Origin: Thelocarpon superellum
Taxonomy: Eukaryota
Direction: 5' to 3'
Assembly (NCBI GenBank): GCA_026025795.1
Contig: JAPEUG010000048.1
Coordinates: 1-64,000 of the forward strand
DNA: 64,000 bases
Below, piece by piece: positions 10,864-23,814 of the stretch (its first letter is position 1; each line of letters starts with the position of its first letter). The notes beneath the pieces were generated by a model, which was given only the letters and a program-made list of their open reading frames with translations, did not search any database and was not told where the DNA came from. Position numbers and translations under genes: made by a program.

Positions 10864-13462
10864 ATGACAAGGGCGAAGAAGGTAGCGATCATAGGTATGA
10901 CCGATGTGACGGACGGCAAGATGAATATTGACCTCGGGCACGTCAATAGGAGGCGGTCCCGCTGGGCTGGTGGCAGCCAAGACCTTGATCCACTCACACC
11001 CCTCTGGCACCTTTCAACCCACCGTCTTTGAGCAGGCAGACAGCGTGGGAGGCTTGTGGCCTGTGAATCAGGAGGCGCAGCATCGCTTCGCTGATCCTGA
11101 TATGAAGACGAATCTGAGCAAGTACACCGTCTGCTTCTCTGACTTGGCCTGGGAATCCGTTCCACTTCACGTCGGGTCCAATGGCACGCCTTCTACTTCC
11201 AGCAACGTGGCCCAGCTCATCCCCATGTTGCCTCGAGCATGGCAGGTGGGCAGATATCTACAGACATACGTGGCCAAATACCTCCCGCCCTCTTGCGTTC
11301 GTCTGAACAGCCAGGTAATTCGAGCCACCCGAGAGAAAGCTGGCATCGATCCTCGATGGACGGTGGAATGGCGTGATCAGTCCGCGGCCAACGGCTCTGC
11401 ACAGTCCACCGGGACATCAGATTTTGAGTATCTCATCGTTGCGTCCGGGTACTTTGGGCGTCCGTGGATTCCTCCTTTGAAAGGGTTGGACACCTTCATG
11501 GGTCCCACGATTCATAGCTCACAGTTTCGTCGTCTGAGCGACCTCTTCCCTGCTGGGTACGAGTCAAGGCCCCCGCCGAGCTCCGCTCCAGGGAAGGTGG
11601 TGGTGATCGGGGGAAGTACGTCGGCGGCCGAGGTGGCAGCGACCATCGCCACCCATATCTCCACAGCCAAGCATGCACCGTCAGCGGCGCCCACGGCGAA
11701 GTATCCGCACGTCGTACATGTGGCAGCACGACCATTCTGGGTCGCGTCAACGGTGCTGGCGACCAATCCAGCGGCGCAGACGGGCATGTTCAATCCAGCT
11801 CCGTCCTTCCTACCGCTAGACCTCTGCCTTTACGACCTCTCGCGCTACCCTCCAGGCCCAATCAAGGCACAGCCACCACCGGTCTCGATCGAGACGGCCA
11901 CGATGTTCAACAAGTATTTCAGCTACCAGGCTGGCGGAGACCAGGGCGGGCTCGGTCAGGGCCATCTCGGGATTCAGGACGAGACGGAACAGAAACCGCC
12001 ATACGTGGCCATCACCGATCGATACGCAGGTTTTGTGCGGAGTGGAGACATTGAGCCAGTCCTGGGGCGAGCGGCGACCGTCTCGCCAGGGGAGGACGGG
12101 TGGGGCACTCTAACAATTCAGCAGGGCTCGGGGGAAACCGTCATCGACGACGTTTCGTGCATCGTCTTCGCGACGGGTTATCGGCCACAGTCATCTCTAG
12201 ACTTCCTTGAACCCGAGGTGCTCCACGCCATGGGATATGATCCCGAATGTCCGACGGTGCCGCTCCTCCTACAGCAGGGCGGGACGAATCACGCGTCGGT
12301 GCCAGGTCTCGGCTTCGTCGGATTCTACCAGGGGCCCTTCTGGGGCGTTATGGAGATGCAAGCGCGGTACCTAGGCCGACGATGGACGGGGCAGATTGAC
12401 CCATCGCTCGCGCTCGGACAATCGTCGACGGAACTGCGACGCTTGGCTGCCATCCCGGGCCGGACGCCGCAATTCATCATGGGCGACTATGTGGGCCTAG
12501 TAGAGGAGTTTGCAGACCTGATGTCCATCCCACGGACCGCCATCGCCCCAACGATGAAAGAGCGCGAAGGACCATCCTGCCCCGCGCGCTTTCAAGACGG
12601 ATACCAGCAAAAGTCAGAGGACTCCTCGTCTGAGTCCGCCAAGACCCTCGCCTCCCTCTGGCGCACCATCTCCTCTGCCACGTCCACATTCACGTCCCCC
12701 ACTACCCCCCCTCCATCACCCGCAACCTACCTAGTCGCGCGCGCCACGTTCGTCGCACTACAAGGCCCTTGGAAACTTGAGCGGACAATTCGCAGCGCTC
12801 TGTCCGGCTACCCCAGCGGACGCTTCGAAGGCACCGCGCGATTCGCGCCGCGCGCCCCCACGGCCGCCGGATTCGACGAGGAGTACTTGTACGTGGAGCA
12901 GGGCACGTTGCGCACGGAGGCCGGGCTCGAATTCGCGGGCTCCATGCGCTACGTGTATCGGTACCGCGAGGAGGGCGATACGCTGAGTGTTTGGTTCGTC
13001 AAGCCCGAACCTACCACGGCGGGTTCAGGGGCAGGGGGGGAGGTAGATCGGCATTTCTATGATCTGGTTTTCACTCATCCATCTTCTTTTTCTTTGTTTT
13101 CTTCTCCTTCTTCTCCTCTGCCAGCCAAGACATCGCCGTCGTCAGAGACTGGGGCGACGTCAGAGACAGCGTCAACGACGGCAACAGCGAGCGGAAATGA
13201 AAGCAGTGGATATGACGGCAGCGGAGAAGGGGGAAGAGGAAGAGGAAGAGGAAGAGGAAGAGCGGAAGGGACGGAGAACAGAGAGAAGAGGGAACGTGAA
13301 ATAGGATGGAGGGCAAATGCAAGCCACCTCTGCATCGACGATGAGTACGACGCCACCTACGACATTATCTTCCACGGCACGACGATTTTCGATATGGAAC
13401 TGACGTACGTCGTGCGTGGGCCACGGAAGGATTATTCTACTTTTACGAGATTCAGTCGCTAG
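10864..13462 (+). CDS. FMO-like flavin-dependent monooxygenase fused to a C-terminal DUF6314-like domain; join(10864..10894,10950..13462)
   Basis: KVAIIG/GGPAG FAD motif spans the intron. The FMO fingerprint FMGPTIHSSQF, second Rossmann VVVIGGSTSA and FATGY are present. The C-terminal domain runs LQGPWKLERTIRS...EYLYVEQG...RYVYRY...HLCIDDEY...VRGPRKDY. Confidence 0.88.
13232..13262. repeat. (GGAAGA)n microsatellite encoding (GR)n within the FMO C-terminal domain
   Basis: Seen directly. Confidence 0.85.
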
Positions 13463-13659
13463 TTAAGACCTCTCTTTCTCTCCATTCCTTCTTCTTCATC
13501 TTCCTCGTCTCCTTCTTCCTCTTCTCCCTTTTGCCCTAGATCATGATGCTTGATGATGCTCTGATTTCTCATTCATCTGTCTGTCTCTTCTACTTGCTAT
13601 GCGAAGATGGACGGAGAGAAGGGAGGAGAGAAGAGGGAACGGCACCATCGCCCTCACCT

Positions 13660-15231
13660 CTATAACGAACCCAACATAGCATCATCTAAGCTCTGATCTA
13701 GGCTCGTTGTCATTGTCGTAGGATTTGATCGTCGCGTCTGCGATTGTGATTGCTGTCGCATATTCTCCCAGATCTAACATTGTGTGAAGATTGTTGATTA
13801 GCTGCGTGTGAGGACCAACGTAAGAGGATCCGGGGGCGGGTAGGTTATCCAGAGTACAGGATCCTGAGAAAAGTATCCAGGGTAGGAATTGGGGGCAGAC
13901 AATCTAAAGTCATAACACTGGGAAGCGGGCAAACTCACGCTAAACTTCTTCCCTACCTCCCTCACCTCCTTGACGCTCTTATTGAGCGAGCCGAGGAGAG
14001 CAACGAGAGAGACATCGTTTCGCTCGGCTAGGAGCTCCTGCTCGAATGTCGCTTTGTCTGTGGGAATGAGCAACGGGAGACGGTTGACGAGTGCTTGGAT
14101 GGAGCGGAGGATGGGATGGTTGATTTCCGTTGTCGTGGACGAGTTGGAATTCGAGTTCGTCGTCGTCGTCGTGGTTGAGGTTGCCGTCTCGTCGGATGGC
14201 ATCGCGGTGGTGAGGTATGACGGTGGCAGATTGTTGAGATACGTCTTCAGTAGCCGGACTCGTGAATGTAGGTTCTTGATCGCGTTGACTCGCGCGTTGA
14301 GTGATGCAACAACTGGCGAGAGTTAAGCTGGGTTCCTGACGAGATAGATTGAAGGAGAGGATGGGGTAAGGAGGGAGGAAACTGACGCTCTTCATCTTCC
14401 GTAGACAACAATGCCGGACCATCATCCACTTTTCCACTTTGAGCAGAGGCCTTCTCCTTCCCGCGATCCTGTTTCCCACTATTGTTGGCACTTTTCGCAC
14501 CACCCACGGCCCCCGCGTTGCCTCCGCCTCGTGCCACGAAGTCCACCCCAATCATCTCCGCCTCGCCCGTGTCAATAGAATATGGTAGCTCACGAAAGCG
14601 AAGCTGCATTTGACTACCATCTGCCTCTCCCTCCCCTACCTTCGCCCCATGGCCGCTGCTCTCTGCTTCGTGCACGCTCTCGTAGATGGTGAGCGGAAGC
14701 CGGCCACCAGAATCTGGTCCCTGGGCCGTCACGTCGGGATGAAACGCCAGAAAGATCGCCGACTCATTGTATGACTGGAGCAGCTGCTGCTGAATGGAAA
14801 CGTGCGCGCGTTGAGGGCCGGAGCGGGGCGCAACAGTGAACCAACCCATGAGCTCCAGCGGGGGCACCTTCAACACATCCTTGACTAGATATACGTTAGT
14901 GGGGAGCCTCAGACCACGAGATGGCCACGCAGCACCCACATTGTTGTAATCGAGTTTCAAACCAGCTGGAATCGATGACGAAATATCCTTCCTCGTTGGC
15001 CACCAGCTTGCAGTCAAAGGCCTGTTCCAGGCTGACCTCGCGCCCTCGCTGCTGACCGAGCAAAGCGCCGACGATCGGACCGGTCTGTTGACGAAGGCTG
15101 TGTCGCGTGATGAAATCGGAGATGGTGAGGAGCACGAGCGGGTGGAGGAGGATCTGGAGGCCATCGGAGGATTGATGGCTCGAGAGGAGCGGGTTGATCT
15201 CCGCCCCGTTGGCTGGGCGTGAGACCGTCAT
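13660..15231 (-). CDS. csn6: COP9 signalosome subunit 6 (non-catalytic MPN), 4 exons
   Basis: MPN motifs LHPLVLLTISDFITR, GALLGQQRGREVSLEQAF, ELMGWF and TGEAEMIGVDFVARGGG, plus C-terminal helices (NAIKNLHSR; NDVSLVALLGSL). Canonical introns lie at about 14885-14939, 14313-14387 and 13774-13938. The last exon is inferred. Confidence 0.9.
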
Positions 15232-15732
15232 GGCGGGCTGGTGGATAGAGGTGCAGGCCCGCCTCCGATGGAAGCTGAATGGCAGAGAATCGCTTGCTCA
15301 GTCCATGTTCGACTTGGCACATTCGACTGAATGAGTGTCCCCCCCGACTCTGATGATGGTGGCCAGTATCACGGGGGAGCTCTAGAGTGATCCACGAGAA
15401 GATAACTTTCTAGAGAAGTGTTAGTACTACGAAATTATACGGGAGGACTCCTGACGGTTACATTGCAGCGGGGGACGTCATTGCCACGGACGACACTACC
15501 GGCCGCCGTAGCCACGCACGCTATCGATGGCTGCCCCACTACGCCTCGCAGCCTGACACCCTGACCGCGAAGCTAGCTCGCTGATGAAGGCCAAGCTACA
15601 CAGTCACCTCCTTAGACTTTCGTCCGAGCTAGAAAAGTACTCATCATAGAAGCGTCCGGATGCGAATACAAATCCATCATGCCCCCCAGATGTCAAAGTG
15701 CCCGCCACGCTATGCAATATCAAGTCATCCCA

Positions 15733-17881
15733 TTATGATTCCATGGTCGCGACCTGGCCACCACCCGCGCTCCTCGACGCCCACGGTCCTCGTGACACCG
15801 CGGCGGCCACGAGCTCCATCGTGTATCCACTTTTCGCTGCCCGCCGCATCTGGCGGTGCAAGAGAGTCACGACGGCGTATTTGGAGCGGGCGATCTGGTT
15901 CGTCGCGTTTGCACCATCCGTCAAACCGTGTAAGAGGGAGGTGAACGTCTTGGGCGGGGAGCACAGGTAAGGGAGCACAACGTCGGCAACGGGGGGAGAA
16001 AGGATGGCTTCCAGGCCGGTCGTTGGCAGGCCCAAGGGCGAGGTCGCACCGAACAATAGACGTAGCTCCACTTCGGTGGGATGCCGCACGTCCGTCTCCG
16101 GATCATCCCCGGGAGGGGCATCCGGGAGCAGCGCCCAAGATGCATCGATGATGGCCGCCATGAACTCCAGTGCCGCCAACGCCATCTCCGGGAGCACCAT
16201 CGTTTCGGCGTGGCGGACCACGTCCGGCCAGAACCCAGGGGTGCGGTTGAGCCAGCAGAAGTATAGGGCACGGGACGCAGCGCGGTCGTGGTGGAGGGGT
16301 GTGGGCATGACACCGTCCCACGCCGTGCCGCTCCTTGGAAAGTTGGACGGTCCGATGGGTCCGCGAAAGAGGCTCGCGAGCGTCCGTAGGGCGTTCGGAT
16401 CCGGCTTCCCAAGGGAGAGTCGGGACAGACTGCTAGACGACCATGAATGGTAGGCTTCTGAACCAGACCCTTTGAAGCCGTTGAGAAGTAGCGCCGTACG
16501 CGGAAGCGAGACCAGTACCTGCTTCTCGTCCGCCGTCATAGGGTCCGTCGAGAGGGGATGGAAGCTATCAGAAGCATTCATGGTGAAGCTGTTGCCCTGC
16601 ACCAAGCGCGCTAGAATGGCGTTGATGAGCAGGGAGCCATGGTGCTTAGCGGCCATGAGGTGTTCGGGGTAAAAGATGGCATAGCTAGCCACGTATTGAG
16701 CCACGGCTCCATCAAGCATGCGGACAACGGGCAGCATCGACGATTCGGATGGCAGGTACAAGTCTAGTACACCAGCGTGCAGGCCTCGTGCCTCGAGGTA
16801 GGCCAGCGTCGTCGTGCGCGGGTCAGCGCCAAGGACCCACCAAGACGGCGACCATGGCGCACGGAGGACGGCAACCAATGTCTCGATTAGGCTTATGCGC
16901 ATCAAGACGTCCGTGGCGTCCACCATCTTCGCCAACGCATATTCGAGCAGGCCCTGGTGAGCAGACACATGGTGAGCCTGCTCCACGCTCCGCCAGTGCG
17001 AGCGCGCCACGGCACCAAAATCAATGGGCACGAGCGTGGCGACAAGGTAGAGCAGGCGCGACTGGGCCAGGCTAGTCTGGCGCATCGATTCTTGTCCGTG
17101 CGCGGAACCGATGTCGCCAGCGCTGGTCAAGTCGAAGAGCATGGCGTAGACGCCGCGATCCTCGAAGATGCGTCGCCACATTAGCCCCTGGCCCCGCAAC
17201 GCGCCTGTCACGACCTCATTGGCACCTCCACCTCCGCCTCCACCTATCCTCGGGCTCGGGCCCGTGGTCTCAGACTCGGCCGAAGCAGAACTCGGGATGC
17301 CGGTGCGGGCCGTAGGAGATAGAGGGGTGTCGACCTGAAGCATGGCGACGAGGATCTTGGATGACTCCTGCGCCACCTCGACCTCGGGTGTCATCAGCCA
17401 TTGACGCACCAAGGCCAGGACGACCTCTCTCATGCCGGCCACGAGCGCGGCATCGCTGGGCTGCTGGCCAGCTTTGCGTAGCACGTCAAGCGCCAAATGG
17501 TTGATCGATGGTAGGGGAGATTCCAGCGCCTGCGCGAGCGACTGTGCCGTCACATACCCTAGACACTCGGTGAAGCTGAGCGAATCGATGAGTCGCGAGA
17601 TCAGTCGTCGAATCGGCGGCGCGTCCTGGGGGCGGAGCGAGGGTAGGAAGGCCAGCAAGGGGGGCAGGATGCGTGGCAGGAGATTCGAAATGTCAGCCGC
17701 TGTCCTCGTCGCAACATCAGCCTCAACACCCCATGAATGCCGTATCCGTGAGAGAAGAGCCACCTGTGAGTTGCAGCTGAAACCGTTGGATCATACTCTC
17801 GTCCAACGGCTCTGACGGGTCTTGGGAGATGGAGTCGAGGTGGCCGCGAAGCTCATCCAGCAAAGCCCCGGCTCCCGCCAT
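15733..17881 (-). CDS. Hsm3-like ARM/HEAT-repeat proteasome 19S base assembly chaperone; intron about 17700-17763
   Basis: Exon 1 (MAGAGALLDELRGHLDSI...LQLT) splices in frame to a Leu-rich helical ORF. The motifs GQGLMWRRIFED, TSLAQSRLL and the C-terminal GPW...GGQVATME match fungal HSM3-family proteins as I recall them. Confidence 0.7.
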
Positions 17882-18313
17882 GACTCGTGACACCTCTGTA
17901 CCCAGTCACAAGAGACGATGAGTGTGACTGAGAGCGGTGATGATGGTGGCGGCGAGGGCAGCAGGTGAGGGTCCTCTTCTCCGCAAACGATCGGTACTTC
18001 GTACACCCTACGATAGCTCATCGATGGTTGGTGGGGTCGTTGTTCAAGCTTGCTACAGCGGCGAGGACAAAGGACGGGAGTACTCGTACTTCGAACAGTA
18101 CAGTACAGTCTTGTTCCCTTCCTTCTCAGCTTTCACCAACAGAGAACCCTGGTAGCATTCTGTGCACCATGTCACTTCTCTGCACAGGCTGATTACTACT
18201 TTTGCCCGACTTGGTTCTGAATGTTCCCTCTCGGGCAAAGCTCGGAAGGGCAGAGAGTGCTAAGCGTACGGGCAAAGAGCGCAGTATGTCAACTAATGTT
18301 ACTGCGTACTTGG

Positions 18314-18355
18314 TAAGTCATCGTACTCGCACCCTAAGTTATCGTACTCGCACCC
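18314..18355. repeat. 21-bp tandem duplication (TAAGTYATCGTACTCGCACCC x2) in the Hsm3/Rpc31 divergent intergenic region
   Basis: Two adjacent copies with one mismatch. Confidence 0.85.
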
Positions 18356-18540
18356 ATACTATAGGAGCACTACTAGTATGGTCCCATCGTAACACTGGCA
18401 CCCGATGTGCTCTGGTCCGCGGTAGCGTTCGCTTATGGATGAGCATCGGACCTACCCCACCAGCCCATCAGCCCACCAAAGAAAAAGACCAGGAAGGCGC
18501 GTATGGTACCCCATTGATCTGCCATCACTCCTGCCGGCCC

Positions 18541-19439
18541 ATGTCTCGAGGCCGCGGATTCCGCTCCCGCGGCAGCGGAGGCGGCGGCCGAGGAAAGAGG
18601 CTTGGCGGGGCTGAGGTACCGTGGGCCTATGACCCTGATCTGAAGCCAGACAATGCGCCCAGTGAACTTTTCCCGGTGCGTGACTTCCTTTCCCCTCCAC
18701 CGCGAAGGGCATGAGACGGGAGACGGCTAACGGCCAAGCGTCCAGCCCTACGACGTGCCCATCACCAAGCCGCCATCCCGCGTCGAGCGTGCTCAGGTGG
18801 GCCGATATCGATCTCTCCGAGATCGGATTCACGAGGGCCCGCTCTACACCGTCCTGGGGGATGACGCTCGGGTGAGCAAGAGCGGAGCGTCGGGTTCGAA
18901 GATGGTCGACCCTTTCGAAGGCATGCCTACGTACTCGCAGAAGTACAAGAAGAAGACCCGCCGCGTGCCACGGCTCGATACACGACCATACGGTGCGTCT
19001 ACGGCCTCGTCCAGCCCCTGACTCCCTCCTGCCTGACCGGTCTCCTGCAGTCCTTCGTTTCTTTCCCAAGGAGCTGTGGTCGACCCTCAACCCGGATCAT
19101 GAGACGACAGACGACCCTACTACGTTGTTGAAGAAGAAGACGCTGCGGATTGCCATGGCCGAGGACCTTGACGATGGGGGCGTCCCGCTCGATCTTGAAG
19201 CATTGGAACAGCTGGAGAACCCAGCGGCGCATGCGGCCCAGCCGCGCGGAGAAGACGAGGAGGACGACGTGCTCTTGGGGGACGACGGCGGAGATGAGGA
19301 AGAAGAGAAGGACGTCGATTACGAGTCGGACGAAGACGAGACGGCTGGGGACTACCATGCTGAGACATACTTTGACGACGGTGCAGACGACGATCGTGAC
19401 GACCACGATGCCGGAGAAGACCACGACGGAGACTTTTAG
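18541..19439 (+). CDS. rpc31: RNA polymerase III subunit Rpc31 (C31); join(18541..18675,18746..18992,19051..19439)
   Basis: RG-rich N-terminus, PSELFP, HEGPLYT, DPFEGMPTYSQKY, FFPKELW and an acidic tail with DYHAETYFDDG. Two canonical introns. Confidence 0.92.
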
Positions 19440-22279
19440 GCCCTCCCACGTCATCATCCACCGCTTCAGACAACAGCGACAAGCATATAACGCCTCGTAC
19501 ACGAGAGATCAACCCCACATGTGGTCAGCTTGGTCTTGCTGACGCTGACCAACCGCGCCGGCACGACCAATTGCGGCCGGGAGAGAGTTAGAGGCAGCCA
19601 GAAAAAAGGTGAGATGTCGTTCGCGTACAATGACGGTTCTTGGCCTGTCGCTCGCAGCAGTACTTGCAGTTCGTCAATGCAGTCATGTAGAATACGTGCT
19701 GAAGAGAGCAGCCATGTGACCTCATGGTCAGCAGTAAAGTCCCTTGTGTGACGATGAATGCTTCCCAACGCTAGCAGCTGCTCCCAGCTTGACAGTGTCA
19801 ACGTAGGACAGCATCATTGCGGTGCGGGTTACCCGACTCAGTGTCGGGGACGCTTCGTGCAACCATGGTGTCAAAGCTGCAGAGAGCCTACCCCACGCGG
19901 CTGTCCCGAGCTACTCGTACGCAGGCGACGTTGGTGACAGGAGTCCAGGGATCGGGAGACGGGCCACATGGCCACTGCCCGCGACGACGCTCACACCGTA
20001 CGCATACGCATGCCGGAGTCGGAGGGGGCGGAAAGTAAAGTTTGAAGTCACACGTGGGAAAGTGGAGCCGCGGGATGGCGAGTATCGAGTGTCCAGGTAG
20101 CCTCGTCTTCCCTGTACCGCCACCTATACTGCGGGTCGTCTGTCCCCTACACATGTACGGGATATGCACACGAACCGATCGTGCCCGTAGGAGGGACCAT
20201 GGACGAATGTCGCTCCAACAGCGGTATCCCCGACCCAGACCACCGAAGGTCGTTGAAAGGGAGCAATGTCGGATTTGGGAGGAAGCGCTTGCCCGTGCTG
20301 GGTCCAATGCGCAAAGGATTCGTACGGAATACTTGTCCACACGTACAATCCCACTAGGAACTTGCACCGTAACAGTGGCGGCTGCACCCGGCATGACATG
20401 CTCTAGGCTAAGGAGCCGCTCTCTGCCAAGGCTTCTTTGACGCTACGTTTCACTGTTTGGTGTTCTGTTCAACGTGTAATCGTGCAGTCCTGGCCTGCGG
20501 TAACTCTCTTTTGTGTTAATGTCGCACAGTCTCGTCCCGGCTCCGTCTGGTGCACCGTCCTTGGCGGGCTCAAATTATTCCTCTCGGTGGTGGATGAAGA
20601 CTCTTCCTCGCGCCAACGATTGTCGTCGGCTGGGAAGGGGGATACTTTTCGTCACTAGCGGGACCGAATGACGCATCAACCAGGGGGTCGCCACGAGGTC
20701 GACACTGCTCCCGGCGGAAGCGGGGCGATCAGAGGGATCCCGGCCACCGAACCCGGCGTGACCAGGGACGTGCGTTGCTCAGGCCTGGTACGAGGGCGGC
20801 GAGGTATGAGGACGGGCAAGCTACTCGCACCGAGCACCAGGCAAGGTACCGGTACAATTAGCCGCAGGATCAATGCAGGCACCAGGCGTTTGGCATGGGT
20901 GTTTTGCGTGCTGTAGCCGTACCCGTACCGCCCGTCTCTGTGAGCGTGACCGTACCTGCCGTAGCCCAGAAGTCTAGGGGAGCTGTTGGACACCCACCAC
21001 CGGCTCGCCTACCGACACCTGATTTGTCCAGAGGTTGGCGGCCATGCATCCAGCACCTTGGGACCCTCTTGTGCTGCCTTGCCCTGATCCTGGCACACAC
21101 CTTGTTGGCGTGAGCACCGAGCACGGCAACCATCTTTTGAGACTGAAAGCGGGGATGGCTGAAAAGACGGCTTCATGGCGTGAGGAGATGGCGTCTCTTG
21201 GAGACGTCGTGAGGCGTGTCGTGCGACGATGCATCCATTCTCGCCGATGCAGCATGAACAGGCGACGGAAGGAGCGAGCGCCAGGGGAGCGAAAACGTTG
21301 CTGGTCCCTCTGACAAGCGACGACAGACCGGGACGAGTGCCCGACCGCTCCTGGCACTGTCTTTCCGGTCTAGGAAAGCCGGTGGCTGCTCGGTGACATG
21401 TTTATCACGCATCCCACCGTCCGAGCGCCCAGGCGCCCAAGCGTGGTGTGGCGTCCCCCGCGGAGGTAGGTCGTCCGCTCGCTTCTCCTTAGGATGCAAC
21501 GCCGTCCGCCCATCATCCGAGACCTCCGATGCGAGATCGAGGGCGCGGAGCGCGACGGGCCTACGCCAGCATCGGCTGGTTCACGCTGGCTTGCGGCGCG
21601 CCGATCATGTGCGAATTCGATGGAACGGCAGCTCGACCCTGTCATCCTCCTGGGCCGTGTCCACGGCCGGCTTCGCGGCCGCGTCTTTGCCCCTTCAGGC
21701 CCATCGCGACTCCCGCAACAGTCAAGCGCGTCGCATCCACCTGGGCCTAGGCTGGACCAACGGGCCTCTGAGCTCTCGACCCTCCATGGCGGGTCTCGCC
21801 CCTCCCCCCTCCTTCCCGGGCCCCGTCGTCCGTGGAGTCGGTTCAGCTTGTCGCGCGCTCATGTCGATGACATAGAGTTGAACGTCGCAGGCCGTGCTTC
21901 CAACTGATGTTACCGTCGTCTAGCGTCTGGCCAGCTCGATGACGGACAGTCGACCATACAAGTACCCCGACTAGACCATTCGTGCGGTGGAGCACGCGGA
22001 AGTGGTTGTCATCTAAGCTTCACCACCAATACTGGTGGAGATCATCGTGCGCCACCGCTGCCGCCATCGCTCCGGCTCACCCTCCCCCCGTATCTCGGCA
22101 TCCTCTCAGCTCGCACGGCATTCGAGCGCCAGGCACGCTCCCATCACCCTACCATGGACCCGGCGGACGCCTGCCTGCCGGCGTCACCGGTCTTGTTGCC
22201 AACGACCTTGGTCGGCCCGAACACGTCGGGCACCCGGCTGGACGCGCTTGAGGTATCGGCCGGTCGCCACCACTTCATC

Positions 22280-23814
22280 ATGACCCCTTCCAGTGAGGAT
22301 CAAAAGGGCGGCCACAGCCCGGTCGCCAAAGAATCGTTCCCCTCCAGCTCCACGAGCGAAGAGGCCGTGTCGCGGGAGAAGCGTGTCACCGGCGCGACGT
22401 CGCCGGGGCCGGATGGGGTCATGCTGGACGAGGACGAGGACGCAGCCGTGGGCAACCATGTGGGATGGCGGAGAATCGTCCGTAACTTTACGCCCTCGTA
22501 CGTCGTCCCCCCAATCTCTCCGGTGCTTCAGAGGCGCATTCCGCTAAGTTCTGCTCGCGGCGCAGCTGGTTTTCGGTGACCATGGGCACCGGCGTCGTAT
22601 CGATTCTCTTGTTCCAGTTGCCCTACAATGGCGTCTGGCTCTACTACCTGTCCATCGTCTTCTTCGGGCTCAATATCCTGCTCTTCACCCTCTTCGCCAT
22701 CATCTCCGTCCTGCGCTACACCCTGTTCCGTGATATCTGGGGCATCATGATGCGTCATCCGACCCAGTCGCTGTTCCTCGGGACGGTGCCCATGGGCTTC
22801 GCTACGATAGTCAACATGTTCGTGTTCGTTTGCGTGCCGGCATGGGGCGACTGGGCCATCACCCTTGCTTGGACGCTGTGGTGGGCCGACGTGGTGGTGG
22901 CGGTGTCAGTGTGCTTCTTCCTGCCCTTTGTCATCATGTATGTGCATGAAACGAAGCTGTCGGCCATGACCGCCGCCTGGTTGCTTCCCATCGTCGCTAC
23001 GATCGTCGCGTCGGCGTCGGGCGGCATTGTGGCGGATGCGTTGCAAACGCCCGAGTACGCACTCTGGACGATGCTGACGAGCTATGTGCTGTGGGGCACG
23101 GGCGTGCCACTGGCCATGGCCACCTTGGTCATCTACTTTCAGCGCCTGACCGTCTACAAATTGCCGCCACGAGAAGTCATCGTCAGCGTCTTCCTCCCGC
23201 TGGGTCCGCTGGGCCAGGGGGGGTTCGCCGTGATGCAGCTGGGCAAGGTGGCTCTGAGGATTCTCCCTGCGGTAGGATCCCCGCCCTGATGGACGCCTCG
23301 TATGGATAGAATGACTTACGCGTTGATAGACCCACACGCTGACTCCGGCGTCGGGAGAGATCCTCTACACGTTGGGATTCATCGTGGCGTTGATCATGTG
23401 GGGATTTGCCTTGGTGTGGCTCTTCTTTGCCGTGGCCTCCATCAGTCAATCTCGATTCCCATTCAACATGGGTTGGTGGGGGTTCACTTTCCCCGTCGGT
23501 GTCTTTGCCGTGGCGACAACCACCTTTGGGCGTGAGCTGGATTCACGATTCTTCGACGTGCTCGGAACGGTGAGAGTCCCGTCTACTTCTAACCCCGTCC
23601 GCAACGATGCTGATGAGGCTGTCAGGTTCTCTCCATCGCCGTCGTACTACTCTGGATCGGAATTGCAATCGGCACCATCGCACGCTCTCTGACGGGAGCG
23701 ATGTTCGTCGCGCCGTGTCTGGCGGATCTCGAGATGCCCGCCAAGACCAAGACGCGTCGGAGCAGCCAAGCGGCGACGAACCGGCAAGGCTCTGCTGGGG
23801 AGTCTACCGTATGA
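22280..23814 (+). CDS. ssu1: SLAC1/TDT-family transporter (Ssu1 sulfite efflux / Mae1 malate type); join(22280..22497,22566..23271,23330..23569,23626..23814)
   Basis: RNFTPS/WFSVTMGTG, QSLFLGTVPMG, AWLLPIV, FLPLGPLGQGG and FNMGWWGFTFP, with about 10 hydrophobic segments. Three canonical introns. An upstream in-frame ATG at 22154 is an alternative start. Confidence 0.88.
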
